64,000 nt of DNA, taken from the IMG/VR virus record IMGVR_UViG_3300017957_000012, positions 8,360 through 72,359 of that record; one strand, 5' to 3'. Every line of letters starts with the position of its first letter. The first letter of the stretch is position 1. This DNA is from a virus. The notes beneath the pieces are model-generated. The model was not told the DNA's origin. It ran no database searches and worked only from the letters and a program-made list of their open reading frames with translations. Below are positions 40,601 through 49,500 of this stretch, piece by piece. A program made the position numbers and the translations under genes.

Positions 40601-43600
40601 CGCAGTCAGTGCAACTGGTTTCTTGTAGAAAGGATGATGTGATTCAGGAGTCGGATGATTTGTTGCATTGCCGTCCATGTCACAAGTAAATACAATTGAC
40701 TCAGGAGCAATCTTAATATGATCACCAACTTGTAAATTGTGCGTTCCTATCGTTGCAGTAAATACTCCAGTTGTAGGATCGTAAGTAGCATTAGTCGGCG
40801 TGTACTTCGTCTTAGTAGTCGTTGGATATGAATGCTGTGTAGTGTTTCCATCCAAAGCACACGTAAATGTAATACTCTCATCTGCTAAGACGACAGTATC
40901 ACCTTCTTGTAAATCGTGGGCGCCAAGAGTAAGCACCATTACACCAGTCGTTGGATCGTATGTCGCGCCGGTTGGTGTGTAAGATTTCTGATTATTATTA
41001 AGGATGTCTACAATCTGATCAAATCCTTCGTCTGACCTATCGATTGCACCTTGATCTGAAATCGTACCACTTGAAAGACCCTTGAGATGATTAATAGCAC
41101 CGACCGTTTCTACAAGCTGGTCCATTACGACTGTTTCTGCGCCTTGTGTTCCAGCGCGATAAGCGATACCAGTTTGCTTTGAATTGAAGTTAGTACCAGT
41201 AATAATATCTCTTTGAATTGCTGGCAAAATGTATTGGAGCATGTCACGCTCACACTTTGCCGAATCGTATAAGAAATAGTTATCGTCAATATATCCCATT
41301 ACGTTATCTTGCAAGAAATTTCTATTCAATTGCAATTGCTTTCTTGCATTACGACGATCGGCTGAGATTCCTGCATCATCGCTAAACGCAATTGGCGAGC
41401 CGAGAGTGATAACAGAATCATCTTCTGCTTCTATAAATGTATGTGCAGAAGTATCAAACGACTTACCAACGTTAACCGTAATCTTAGTTTCGTTTGCACC
41501 AATTACTTCGATTGGTGAGTTAGCGGCAGGGTCAGTAGCTCTTGGATAACCTGTTCTCGATACGTTATTATCTCTGTCGCAACTAAATACGAGGCCACCG
41601 GTTTTGAGTAATACTTTTTGCCCAATGCCCAGACCGTGACCTGAAGTAATAGCATTCTTTACGGCAGATACAAATGTATGTACCTGTTGGCCGTTTGGTC
41701 CACCGCCGCCCACGTTCATTGTAATAGTGTTTGAAGTTACACTAATAATTGGACATGGCTTGTTGTAATATGGATGATGGGCTTCAGGAACTGCGTGGTT
41801 CTGAACACCGCTACCAGCATTACAATTAAATGTCATGCCTTCTGGTTTCAACCAAACATGATCATCTGTAGTTAATTGGTGTGGTCCAATCGTTGCTACC
41901 AAAATGCCAGTAGCAGGATCGTAAGTTGCAGCAGAAGGTGTAAAGCCTTCACTCTCTGCAATTGTTATAACGCTGTATCCAGTTTCTGGATCATATGTGG
42001 CGTTAGTTGGAGTGAACGAAACGCCTCTGTTGTCGAGTGCAGCAATGACTTCGTCAAATGCAGCGTCGACTCTCGATGTACCAATATAAGAGTTGGCATC
42101 AATTAATTCGTTTGTTTGCTCTTTGAGTCTACGATAAGCTGCAATTGTTTCGTTGCGTTGTTGACCAACAACCTTTTCGGCCGACTTCATATAATAAGCA
42201 CCACCAGCTCTCACCGCATTATAATTGGTGTCGAGCAGCATGTCGTACTTAGCGGCCGGAAGAATATAATCAGTTGTATCACGCTTACACTTAACGCTAT
42301 CGTAAGCAAAGAATTGATCGTTGTTATCAATCCAATCGAGAAGTTCGTCTTGGATAAACGATCTATTATCTTGAATGATTTCGCGAGCCGATGTTCTCTT
42401 AGAATTTCTGGTGTCAGCGAATATGATTGGGTTCATATTCTCTTCACCGTATTCTACAACATTATAGAGCTCATTCCAAGAGGTGTTGGCCCGCTCAAAA
42501 ATTTCTGTATTAGCACCATCGAAAATATCGTTGATTCGATCTTGTAAATATCTGTTGGCACCAAGAGTTGCATCGAGCTGTTCGCCTACAACCTTACTTG
42601 AGATTGGTGAACGATAAGTGATACCCGCCAATCGACCCCAGTAGTTGGTGTCAAGTGTCATGTCATAAGCAAGACCGTCGATAATAATCTTAGAATCTCG
42701 CTCACACTTCTGAGCATCATATCCTGTATAACCCAACCCGCCCGATGAAGTATTGGCAGTCAGATAATCGACCATATCTTCAATGATAAGATCTTCGTTC
42801 TGAGTAATGACGTCTGCGAAATCAGTATTACCAATAATCGTACTACCTGATGGTACATCCTTAGGTGCAAAGATTCTCGTAGAACCCTTTGCTCTCATTG
42901 AAATATCACCGAACTGAGTACCCGAGTTGTTCAAGGTCATTTGTCCGCCATTCAATGCATAGAATGCAACACGTACGAAGATGGATAGAGAACCAATACC
43001 GTTAACACCAGCACCGTCTCTTGCTACATAGCCCATACCATTTTGAGAACGAGGTGTGAAACCAAAGCAGAGTACGTATGTGTAGAGAGAATCCGGATCA
43101 AGGACTCTTCGATCCGCAAGCATACAACCACCGCCACGCCCAACAAGTGGGTTGGGGAAGTCATCAATACCAATAGACTCAACAACACCTTGGCCACCCG
43201 ACTCAGACTTGACTAAGTCACCAACAGCAAAACCTTTGTTATTTTTAAGGTTACGCACTCGGATCTTGCGATAAGTTGACTGATCTTTAGTGAGGCCGGC
43301 CGCATCATCGTCGTCATCATCCCAAGAAATAAATCCTGTTGCACCACTTGAGAAAGTAACCTTATCGTCTTTTCTAAATGTACCTGCCGTAATTGGTGCA
43401 GTCAGAATAAATTCTCTACCCAAGTCGAGTACATTACCTTTCGTATTGAAAGGCTGGAGTGGTGGTTCTACATCTTCACGGAGGAAGTTAGAAAGCTGGG
43501 AGCTGTCACGAATATATGGTGAACGGAGTAGCTTAGCACCTGGTCTATAAGCACAAGCAAAGCCACCTTCTGGGAAGTCGAAGTTATCGATCTTCCAGTT

Positions 43601-45109
43601 TTGATATGCAAAACCTTGTACATAACAACCCGAACCGACAAGGACTGCGTTATTATTTTCATAGCCGGGTAGTGCTTCGATCACCGTAGCATACTGACCC
43701 GCAGTAGCTGTCATTGCACAATCATCTGGAAGTGCAATATTACCCTTAGTGTAATAAGTGCCCGGGCCTACCGTGATATGAATGGCGTTATTAATTGCGT
43801 TACGATCGTAAGAACCGCCGGCTTTTTCTAATGCGAGCTCAGAAGCACGCTCAAGCGTTCTGATTGGCTCAAGCAACGAGCCAGGATTCTCATCATTACC
43901 TTTCGCAGCATCAACATAAATCTTAAGGTCAGACTCTGTAGTCTTTGAAATCTCACTAAAGAACTGTGCATATGTAATCTTTTCGACTTCACCTGTCTTC
44001 TCGTTCTTAAGGGCAAACCAGCTGTTTTCATCAATGTGAGGCTCGAATTCTCGATCGATTTCCATGTCGAAATCGACGAGTTTAGATTGATCAATAACAC
44101 CATTTTTAAATGTAGTGTTTTCAATTACACCATTGTCGAATGTAGAATTCTTTTGTGATAAACCATCAGCTGTTGAGCTGGTGATTGACATATTCGTTGC
44201 TACGACACCATCCATCGTGCCTGCAAAAGAAGAATCAACAATCGTTGAATTTTGAATAATACTTTGGTCGACAGTAGTGTTGGTAAAGATATTATTATTA
44301 CCAGTACCATCTGAGAAATCTGAATCAAGAATATCAGATTGAGTAATAGTAACGTTATTTGCTGTTGAGTTTTCAATCGTCCCATCAGCAAACGATGAAG
44401 TAGTAATAGTAAGATCGTCACCCGTCGAAGATGTAATAGCTCCGTTAGTGAATTCACTCTGATCGATTGTAGAGTTTGTGATTGCACCGGTGTCGAATGT
44501 AGAATTCGTAATGGTGACATTGTCAGCAGTCGAATCTGTAATTTCACCATTGGCAAAAGTAGAATTTGTTAAACGTACGTTTGTACCATCTACATCGGCC
44601 ATTGTGCCGGAAGCAAAAGATGAATTAGTAATCGTTACGTTATTGGCAGTAGAATCACCAATGGCACTATCGTCGATAGTTGAGTTAATAAGACGTACGT
44701 TGTCGCCGTCTACATTTTCCATTGATCCGTCGTTAAACGTAGAATCAACAATGGCCGTATCTCTAATATCGCCATCTCGGAAAAGAGAATTATCAATGTC
44801 GAGATTTGTGCCGGTTGAATTTCTGAGCGTGCCGTTATTAAAATCAGTTCGGACAATATTAGAATCTTCCATGTCTGAATTATCGATTTTAACATTATCG
44901 ATATTCAAATCATGGATAAAGGCGCCCGATATATCACCACCAGTGATAGTGATTCTATTGAAAATTTCGTACATGAGAGCTTGAACAAGCTCTTTTCTCG
45001 TGATGTTCTTAGTACCGTCATCACCTTGTACTAGGTTTACGATAACGAATAAATCTTCGGTCCTAGTATTAGCGCCGGTTATCGACCCGAGTTCTGAAAT
45101 CTTAGACAT
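34607..45109 (-). CDS. 3500-aa virion structural protein: N-terminal beta-helix repeats, pectin-lyase-like region, 11 KCxRD helical repeats, 7 Cys/His beta repeats
   Basis: Uninterrupted ORF in the structural operon. KISEL start; ITNSxF pentapeptide-like run; IYVDAAKGNDENPGSLLEPIRTLERA...VGPGTYY beta-helix cap; repeats counted directly in the translation. Confidence 0.85.
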   Translation of the reverse strand: MSKISELGSITGANTRTEDLFVIVNLVQGDDGTKNITRKELVQALMYEIFNRITITGGDISGAFIHDLNIDNVKIDNSDMEDSNIVRTDFNNGTLRNSTGTNLDIDNSLFRDGDIRDTAIVDSTFNDGSMENVDGDNVRLINSTIDDSAIGDSTANNVTITNSSFASGTMADVDGTNVRLTNSTFANGEITDSTADNVTITNSTFDTGAITNSTIDQSEFTNGAITSSTGDDLTITTSSFADGTIENSTANNVTITQSDILDSDFSDGTGNNNIFTNTTVDQSIIQNSTIVDSSFAGTMDGVVATNMSITSSTADGLSQKNSTFDNGVIENTTFKNGVIDQSKLVDFDMEIDREFEPHIDENSWFALKNEKTGEVEKITYAQFFSEISKTTESDLKIYVDAAKGNDENPGSLLEPIRTLERASELALEKAGGSYDRNAINNAIHITVGPGTYYTKGNIALPDDCAMTATAGQYATVIEALPGYENNNAVLVGSGCYVQGFAYQNWKIDNFDFPEGGFACAYRPGAKLLRSPYIRDSSQLSNFLREDVEPPLQPFNTKGNVLDLGREFILTAPITAGTFRKDDKVTFSSGATGFISWDDDDDDAAGLTKDQSTYRKIRVRNLKNNKGFAVGDLVKSESGGQGVVESIGIDDFPNPLVGRGGGCMLADRRVLDPDSLYTYVLCFGFTPRSQNGMGYVARDGAGVNGIGSLSIFVRVAFYALNGGQMTLNNSGTQFGDISMRAKGSTRIFAPKDVPSGSTIIGNTDFADVITQNEDLIIEDMVDYLTANTSSGGLGYTGYDAQKCERDSKIIIDGLAYDMTLDTNYWGRLAGITYRSPISSKVVGEQLDATLGANRYLQDRINDIFDGANTEIFERANTSWNELYNVVEYGEENMNPIIFADTRNSKRTSAREIIQDNRSFIQDELLDWIDNNDQFFAYDSVKCKRDTTDYILPAAKYDMLLDTNYNAVRAGGAYYMKSAEKVVGQQRNETIAAYRRLKEQTNELIDANSYIGTSRVDAAFDEVIAALDNRGVSFTPTNATYDPETGYSVITIAESEGFTPSAATYDPATGILVATIGPHQLTTDDHVWLKPEGMTFNCNAGSGVQNHAVPEAHHPYYNKPCPIISVTSNTITMNVGGGGPNGQQVHTFVSAVKNAITSGHGLGIGQKVLLKTGGLVFSCDRDNNVSRTGYPRATDPAANSPIEVIGANETKITVNVGKSFDTSAHTFIEAEDDSVITLGSPIAFSDDAGISADRRNARKQLQLNRNFLQDNVMGYIDDNYFLYDSAKCERDMLQYILPAIQRDIITGTNFNSKQTGIAYRAGTQGAETVVMDQLVETVGAINHLKGLSSGTISDQGAIDRSDEGFDQIVDILNNNQKSYTPTGATYDPTTGVMVLTLGAHDLQEGDTVVLADESITFTCALDGNTTQHSYPTTTKTKYTPTNATYDPTTGVFTATIGTHNLQVGDHIKIAPESIVFTCDMDGNATNHPTPESHHPFYKKPVALTAVTSTTITCNVGAAINGGGTHTFVSALADAIEGERQHPAYRTPITINSTTSTTITVNVGGYENGTAHTFVSANPDSVKSGTYISSYTPSTATYDPATGVFEATIGRHNLAEGDYVQFKPESIVFSCTLDGNSTNHAVPESHHPFYNAPVRITAVTSTSITMNVGASTGGAHTFVSADVGAIESDPTIWTDPSRILKYYTPSTATYNPVNGVSVITIPNHDIVVGDWIEFAPYSFTFTCAQDGNATEHSYPRRGDANFNAPMEVTNVAGDDITVNSGIGGGGAHTFVRCINQAVAKTTYNSHGQRAREQLQANRTFLQEEVMHYLDSQYFVFDGDKCSRDTGFILEAVRRDVATGSNYNAIYSGLAYRAGTASGNYVISDQLTQTAAAIGYIRDEVANRLDGTELAASNASFNEIIDILTNGTGAANAINYGTATAGADAGNAQLHLQANKTFLQEEVIAYITQNFPNLSYDAAKCRRDTGYLIDALSWDIAHRSNAGVVNFARLYFNEGVSVLPADQKIKTAEAWEHLANVVALIVRAQAVTPTTGNAEAQDTTNPDAGDINSIRTHDLIEVVSKVIREDTLDWLPTYIEPGYTTAATLDASNKIDGITESLQGGVIKYLREFHNGLPYNKDKCFRDVGLITDAVSKDIEYGGNASTIEAAKYYFTVDERLASSYEELRTRNVLSVPVTGQFSVLDDLAAVSGLREATNILPIEQRVPTKRAFEHLATVAQSVVQETPYATTYTTYSPTNATYDPATGVFTATIGAHSFQVGGKVWLKPNGFTFQCDMGSGPTNHTSPQAHHPYYDQAVTITAVTATEITMNVGDGGSGQAVHTFVSADADSISTGPYQNFDNTAADSTTAAAVRDLFNVISGVVDDNDLDNLTTTEVKPVADPNRTVARKQIQRNKEFIVDEVVAYLNDEFYTFDGDKCKRDVGLLVDAVKRDVLTGSNFNANFNGRAYRIGTVGADAVINEQLTETISAVEYAKLQASNAVTDDAANQRVNAAFDTIINIMGGTEDYANANTMSFGTDAVSAQRINARAQLQNNKVFLQKEMTAWIALNRPSLSYDVAKCERDVGYLVDSVSFDAQHGGNTASRNNAILYFENALSVLPENQREPTAAAFTHLASVAELIANGDPVSPTSGNGESQDTSAASAGNSISAVVEQLMLIVAEAIGENGIDGLPVIEEPTVSSYGTAFQGAYTALETTKPTIQNGVLGHLSTYFNTLSYDETKCRRDTGYIVDAVMHDIQYGGNAATVNAAYNYFQNGVNVGLPLNQRQPANKAFLHLGKVMNHITREMVVTPTVGNTRTQDFAEVAANPMTGMRVEDLVKIVANAVDDATPETTSIPAMVMPETDWILDVYKDSINLIENASENLADQVISFISTTYNGLSFPRGKCRRDVGYLIDAVSHDVQYGGNYATRIAAGIYFENGISVLPADTRTQTADIYNFLGARMSDVVQQIDVAAANTSYTDTRQVIAGTAATATEGASAQSLTGIIESVIRNDSLNGLPVLEEPDTSWIAADLIATAEMIEDNKQELAQDLIHFLHREFDVLDYNKDKCRRDTGYLLDAFSYDLNYGGNTASRWNADFYFWNEIYRIPEDQRVPTARSYQHLGRICKDIVLGRYPGQMVKSGTGTEVEANKVEDLANIFYLTQINNDTTYLPAIEEPDYTWIPDVVKDVSSILEFNKIDLAFDTVRFVNATYQYIDINLTRRDGLNLLKAIRQDFSTVNPAGPPLSDNYQNNGDRQRTRAYTAALFDFDGQHVFPVFNPTTTGLKYMGSVSNNTTALAEIQSRTGDLAVKKNHAYIVATDINNAMANTSGVFTGDVRGNYAGDVYYWNGATWINDGPNNVDLLNSFVQAWAKMRDYLVTLAPDNDHRDMVKALINWGLIDNVMRPETLVFGSLVESIAHQFNGASAGVNRNALPLNFRNLGLPISALASVLSEDGGRVRWSGADELNNQYFARGLRINGRTGRIEGRPFTSSVRKLARRASNSRASI

Positions 45110-45132
45110 TTAGTCCTTACCCTTTTTCTTTA

Positions 45133-45167
45133 TATTTATTAAGACGGACACATAAGGTATATTTATC
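45133..45167 (-). promoter_or_regulatory. tandem late promoters (GATAAATA 45160-45167, AATAAATA 45133-45140)
   Basis: Two NATAAATA boxes in the 75-nt gap ahead of the 3500-aa gene. Confidence 0.6.
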
Positions 45168-45184
45168 TTGTCAAACCCGCATCA

Positions 45185-46351
45185 TCACCGAATTTTGTTT
45201 TTCAAATCATCAACATCTTGCTTTAATTCTTTGATGGCTTCAACGAGAAGGCCCATCATATTTTCGTATCGTAGGGCTTTATAATCTTCACCATCATCTT
45301 CAATATATTCGTAAACCACCTCTGGTAAAACTTTTTCTACGTCTTGAGCAACAAGGCCAGTTGCTCTCGAACCTGGCTTATTAATATATTCAAATGTGTA
45401 ACCTGTTAATTCATTGACTTTATCGAGTGCACCTTCAATTTTCTGAAGATCGGTTTTAAGACGAGAGTCAGAGGAACTGTGTTGAGATCTTACGTTACCA
45501 GTAGCATGCACATTTCCGTTAACTTGTACTGTACCATTAAATATGTGTGTGCCTGTACCAAGAGCGCTAAGCTCTCCTCTTGTTTCCAAGGATTGTGTAA
45601 ATTCACCTTCGCCAATAATACTAAGCTTACCGCCGGCGTAAACAGCGCCGTTCTCGCCCTGTATTTGGCCACCGCCGGTTGCAGTTAATAAGTAACCATC
45701 AACATCACCGCCTGCAAACGTAGCACCACTTGTAGAACTACCAGCGTTATCAGTACCAGGCGCCCATTCTGTACCGTTCCATTTTAATACCTGACCTGTT
45801 GATGGTGATGTCGTCGATACATCGGGAATATCAGATAATTCATCAATGCTCGTACCCGAAGTAAATGGATCACCATTTCCATCAAGGTATGTTGTCGCTT
45901 GAATTGTTGGAACGGTAAGAGTTCCTGCTGGCGTTAATACAAATTTAAATGGATTTTCTGTACCGGTATTGATAATAAAATTACCGGACGTAGAATCTTG
46001 TAATCCAACGTCCCACGCGAGACTTCCAGTACTTGTACGAATCCTTGCACCTTGAGCGCCATAAGTAAATGTTGCTACAACTTGTTGACCAGTCGTAACA
46101 TTAATTGGAGAAGTAAAGTCAATGTCAGCGCCCGGTGTTGCAGAAGCAAATGCGTCTCCAGCAATTTGGTTTGTCGCTGTTACGTTAGTAGCCGTAAAGT
46201 CACCGACCAGAGTGGCGTCACCGGTTGTAGTATCACCGCCCGGTGAGGCTGTCATAGCATCAGACTGAAAAATGTCTACCATTTCATTGGTTTTATCAAA
46301 CCAATTCTGGAACGTTACAGTTGTATCGATATTTGCTATACTTTTAGCCAT
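45185..46351 (-). CDS. short tail fibre with C-terminal S74 chaperone
   Basis: TFQNWFDKTNEM N-terminus; LSDIPDV...GQVLKWNGTEW motif; SSDSRLKTDLQKIEGALDKV...TGLVAQDVE...LRYEN. Confidence 0.8.
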   Translation of the reverse strand: MAKSIANIDTTVTFQNWFDKTNEMVDIFQSDAMTASPGGDTTTGDATLVGDFTATNVTATNQIAGDAFASATPGADIDFTSPINVTTGQQVVATFTYGAQGARIRTSTGSLAWDVGLQDSTSGNFIINTGTENPFKFVLTPAGTLTVPTIQATTYLDGNGDPFTSGTSIDELSDIPDVSTTSPSTGQVLKWNGTEWAPGTDNAGSSTSGATFAGGDVDGYLLTATGGGQIQGENGAVYAGGKLSIIGEGEFTQSLETRGELSALGTGTHIFNGTVQVNGNVHATGNVRSQHSSSDSRLKTDLQKIEGALDKVNELTGYTFEYINKPGSRATGLVAQDVEKVLPEVVYEYIEDDGEDYKALRYENMMGLLVEAIKELKQDVDDLKNKIR

Positions 46352-46353
46352 TT

Positions 46354-46536
46354 CTATCTATCTTCTAATTTGTCCATTCGTTGACAAATAGAAACAAGAC
46401 ACTCTCGTATTTCAACAATGTCTTTTTCCATTTGAGTTACTTTACGGTAGTAAGTTCTTTCTCTTTTGTATTTATTCAAAGCTTGAGCATCCACACTCAA
46501 AACTGCCTTAGTCTCAGGATCGCGGTGGTTTTGCAT
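46354..46536 (-). CDS. small conserved coiled-coil protein of T4-like phages
   Basis: RDPETKAVLSVD...YKRER...MEKDIVEIRECL; AGGGA SD; fills the gap after the VrlC-like gene. Confidence 0.6.
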   Translation of the reverse strand: MQNHRDPETKAVLSVDAQALNKYKRERTYYRKVTQMEKDIVEIRECLVSICQRMDKLEDR

Positions 46537-46551
46537 GATGTTATTCCCTTA

Positions 46552-49500
46552 TTAGGTTACAGCAATTGCTCTATAATCTTTTAACGTTGGAGCATTGTGT
46601 ACCGTGTCTGATTCAAGCACGATTTTAATTGCAAATCTTCTAAATGATTGGAAGGTTGGATCAGTACCGACACCACCCGTATCTACCTGGTATGTATAAA
46701 CACCTTGAGAATCTTTATTTGCATCTGCAATTCTATATCCAAACTCGCGGTAATCATGAATGTTTGCTTGTGAAGAGAACATATCTACACCTTCAAACAA
46801 TTCTAATTCAACCCAAGGAAGATCGGCAAATGCAGTAAAGTCAAATCCATTTTGTGCTTTGATAAAGAATCTAATATTAGAATTGGGCGGCCGATAACCC
46901 GAAGCTGCTACGTAAATATCTTCAGCATCAAGATCAACGGCTAATTCAATCTTCTTAGAAATATAAGTCGATGTTGGATTATTAAATTGTTGTCCATCAT
47001 TCAACTTATACTGATAAGCGAGAAGCTTCGATACTTCGAGGTCAACAAACGGCGTTGACGTAACGTTACTTCCATTTTCCATACGAATATTAAGATCAAA
47101 TGCTTGTGCACCAGCCGGATCATTACTTCGGCTATACAACACTGCACCAGCGAAGTTAAAGTGATTATTATCCTTAAACGATAATGGCATATTATACGTG
47201 CTGCTCAAGTTAGCAGGTGGTACAAATGTTCCATCCACATCAAGTGTCGATGTTGAATCTGTCGCCTTCATAATCATTGGCTGGAAGTAACTCAAATTAA
47301 TATTTTGCAGGGCTGTTACAGTGGCAGATTTTTCACTGTCTAGACCATAAATTGTACCTGCAACAAATACTCTATTCGAGTTTGCAGAGCTATCTTCTAA
47401 ATACATTTGAGTAGGATCGTTAATGTCATACCAGCAAAGATTACCTTTTACAACCGGCGTACATGAATCACCTGCGCCAGGAAGAGCATTCTCTTTGTTC
47501 AGCAACATTTGAGTAGCAGACTGTACAGCCACTACTTCAAAAATATCTTTATTTCCGTTGGAGTCTTCAATCAATACAAAATCTCCGTCGAAGTATTTTG
47601 TATCGAGTGCTGTACCAGTTACTGTAGCACTACCGACCGGAATACCAACGGTGTCAGTAGATGCTTTTTCTTGATAAATTTGCTCACCGGGCAGGAATCT
47701 TCCATTCCAGCTATCTACAATAAAGAATTCGTGATCATTATTAGTGAGTGTAACTGTTCCGGAAGAAGTAGCAAAGTTGTGTCTACGTAAGACAAACTTC
47801 AGATCTTCATCCTGATATGATCGCCATGCACTATTATTTGTTGAGCTAAATAGTACACCATCACCCCAGTCTTGTACAACGGCGGCACCTTGTGTAGGTC
47901 CTGGTGTCAAATCTGTTCCACCTATCTGAGAAATATATGCAAGATAGTTGGGATCTTGAGCATCTGGTTTGATTGAAACTGCGTATTCAGCTTCTACATC
48001 GAGTCTTACCGGAGCTTCGAAAGTAAACGTCGTCGCTAAACTTGCGTCATCTGATACATTAACATCAGTAGCAAGCTTATGCACTCTACCGAATGGAATA
48101 ACCTGGCCGGAAGGATAACCGTTAATTACTTCTCTCAATTCAACCGTTACACCATTTGTATCTGACTTTCTCTTGAAGAACAAATCGACTTCTGAAATAT
48201 AAACGCTGTTGCTGCCTTGGCCCATACCTTTCTTAATGAAGAATGTTTGAGCAAGTGGGTCAGCAGCGGGAATTCTTCTTACGACTGTTCTAAACGAAGA
48301 AGAACTATTAATGTCGAAACTTGGTGCTCGAGTTGTTACGCCAAGGGCACTCTTTTCAACTGAGAAGTTGTAAGCCCTATATGTAATATGCCCACGCGAG
48401 ATTCCAGCAGATTCAATTTGACTATAAGTGTCAATGTCTGAAATTTCTAATACTCTGTCACCTACAAAGAATGTTTCTGATGGAAGTGCAAAGACTGCTC
48501 GAAGAACACCATTAGAGTCAGAAGAAACTGCATCACCTTTTTGTCCGGCTCTTTGTACATCATCTGCAGAGTTAACGTTTGTGCCCGGAATAATATGAGC
48601 ATTGACGTCTTCGCCGTCGAAGAAGAAATAATGTCGTGCATTAGGACGGAGGCCCGTCATATAAATGCCAATATCTCTTCCTGCCATAAATGGCTCGAAG
48701 TTAAAGTTACGTACGAACTCACCAACTTGGAAGTTCTGCTGCATGTTTGAAGTATTGAGCTCAAGACTTCTTGTCGTTGTTTCGATTCGAGTTGTAAGTG
48801 TATTGCCACCTCTAAATCGATCCATGAATCCATCGCCAAGGAATGGGAACATATTAGGTGGTGCCCATCCATCTGCGTTACCGAACCAATTATTCTCTGC
48901 TTCTACAACTCTTTCTGTTGTAACGTCAGTCAATGGAATAAACTCTTGTAGATTTTCTACAAAGTCTTGGAATGCAGACGTCATGTCGATATTAATTTCT
49001 GCGGGAGTAACTGTCGTATCATAAGCAGCATCATAGGGTGGAGATAATTCACCAATACCACGATAGCTATAAGCGTTACTTACACAATTACGGAATCCTG
49101 TTGCGTAATCTTGAGAAATTACATCAACATTACTATCCCGGCCAAGTGTTGCAACTTTTGCTTTACTGACCGCTGGGAAAATGCTTGCGCCAGATGCTGA
49201 CTTATATTTCAAATCGAGCGGAATTGTTTTAACAGCAGGAGTCAATATCTTTTGATTAAATGGTACGGCTGCTTTAAACTCCGGATCTCTTACGTCTGCA
49301 ACAGATAAATCATTAAAAGGATCTACAATAAATCCGTTCTTAAATCTGTCAAGTCCATCCTGATCTGGAATGAACATGTTTTGAGTATCTTGCTCGAGTT
49401 GATTCAAAGATATGTAGTACGCCATTCTATCGATTTGCGCACTCATTGCGTGCATATCTTTCATCGTGTAAACTTTTACACCTTTCGATCGAGTGTGTAC

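Noticed and set aside
34607-45109. Multiheme cytochrome reading of the Cys/His repeats
   Set aside because: No CxxCH motifs; Cys occurs singly in KCxRD and FxC contexts.
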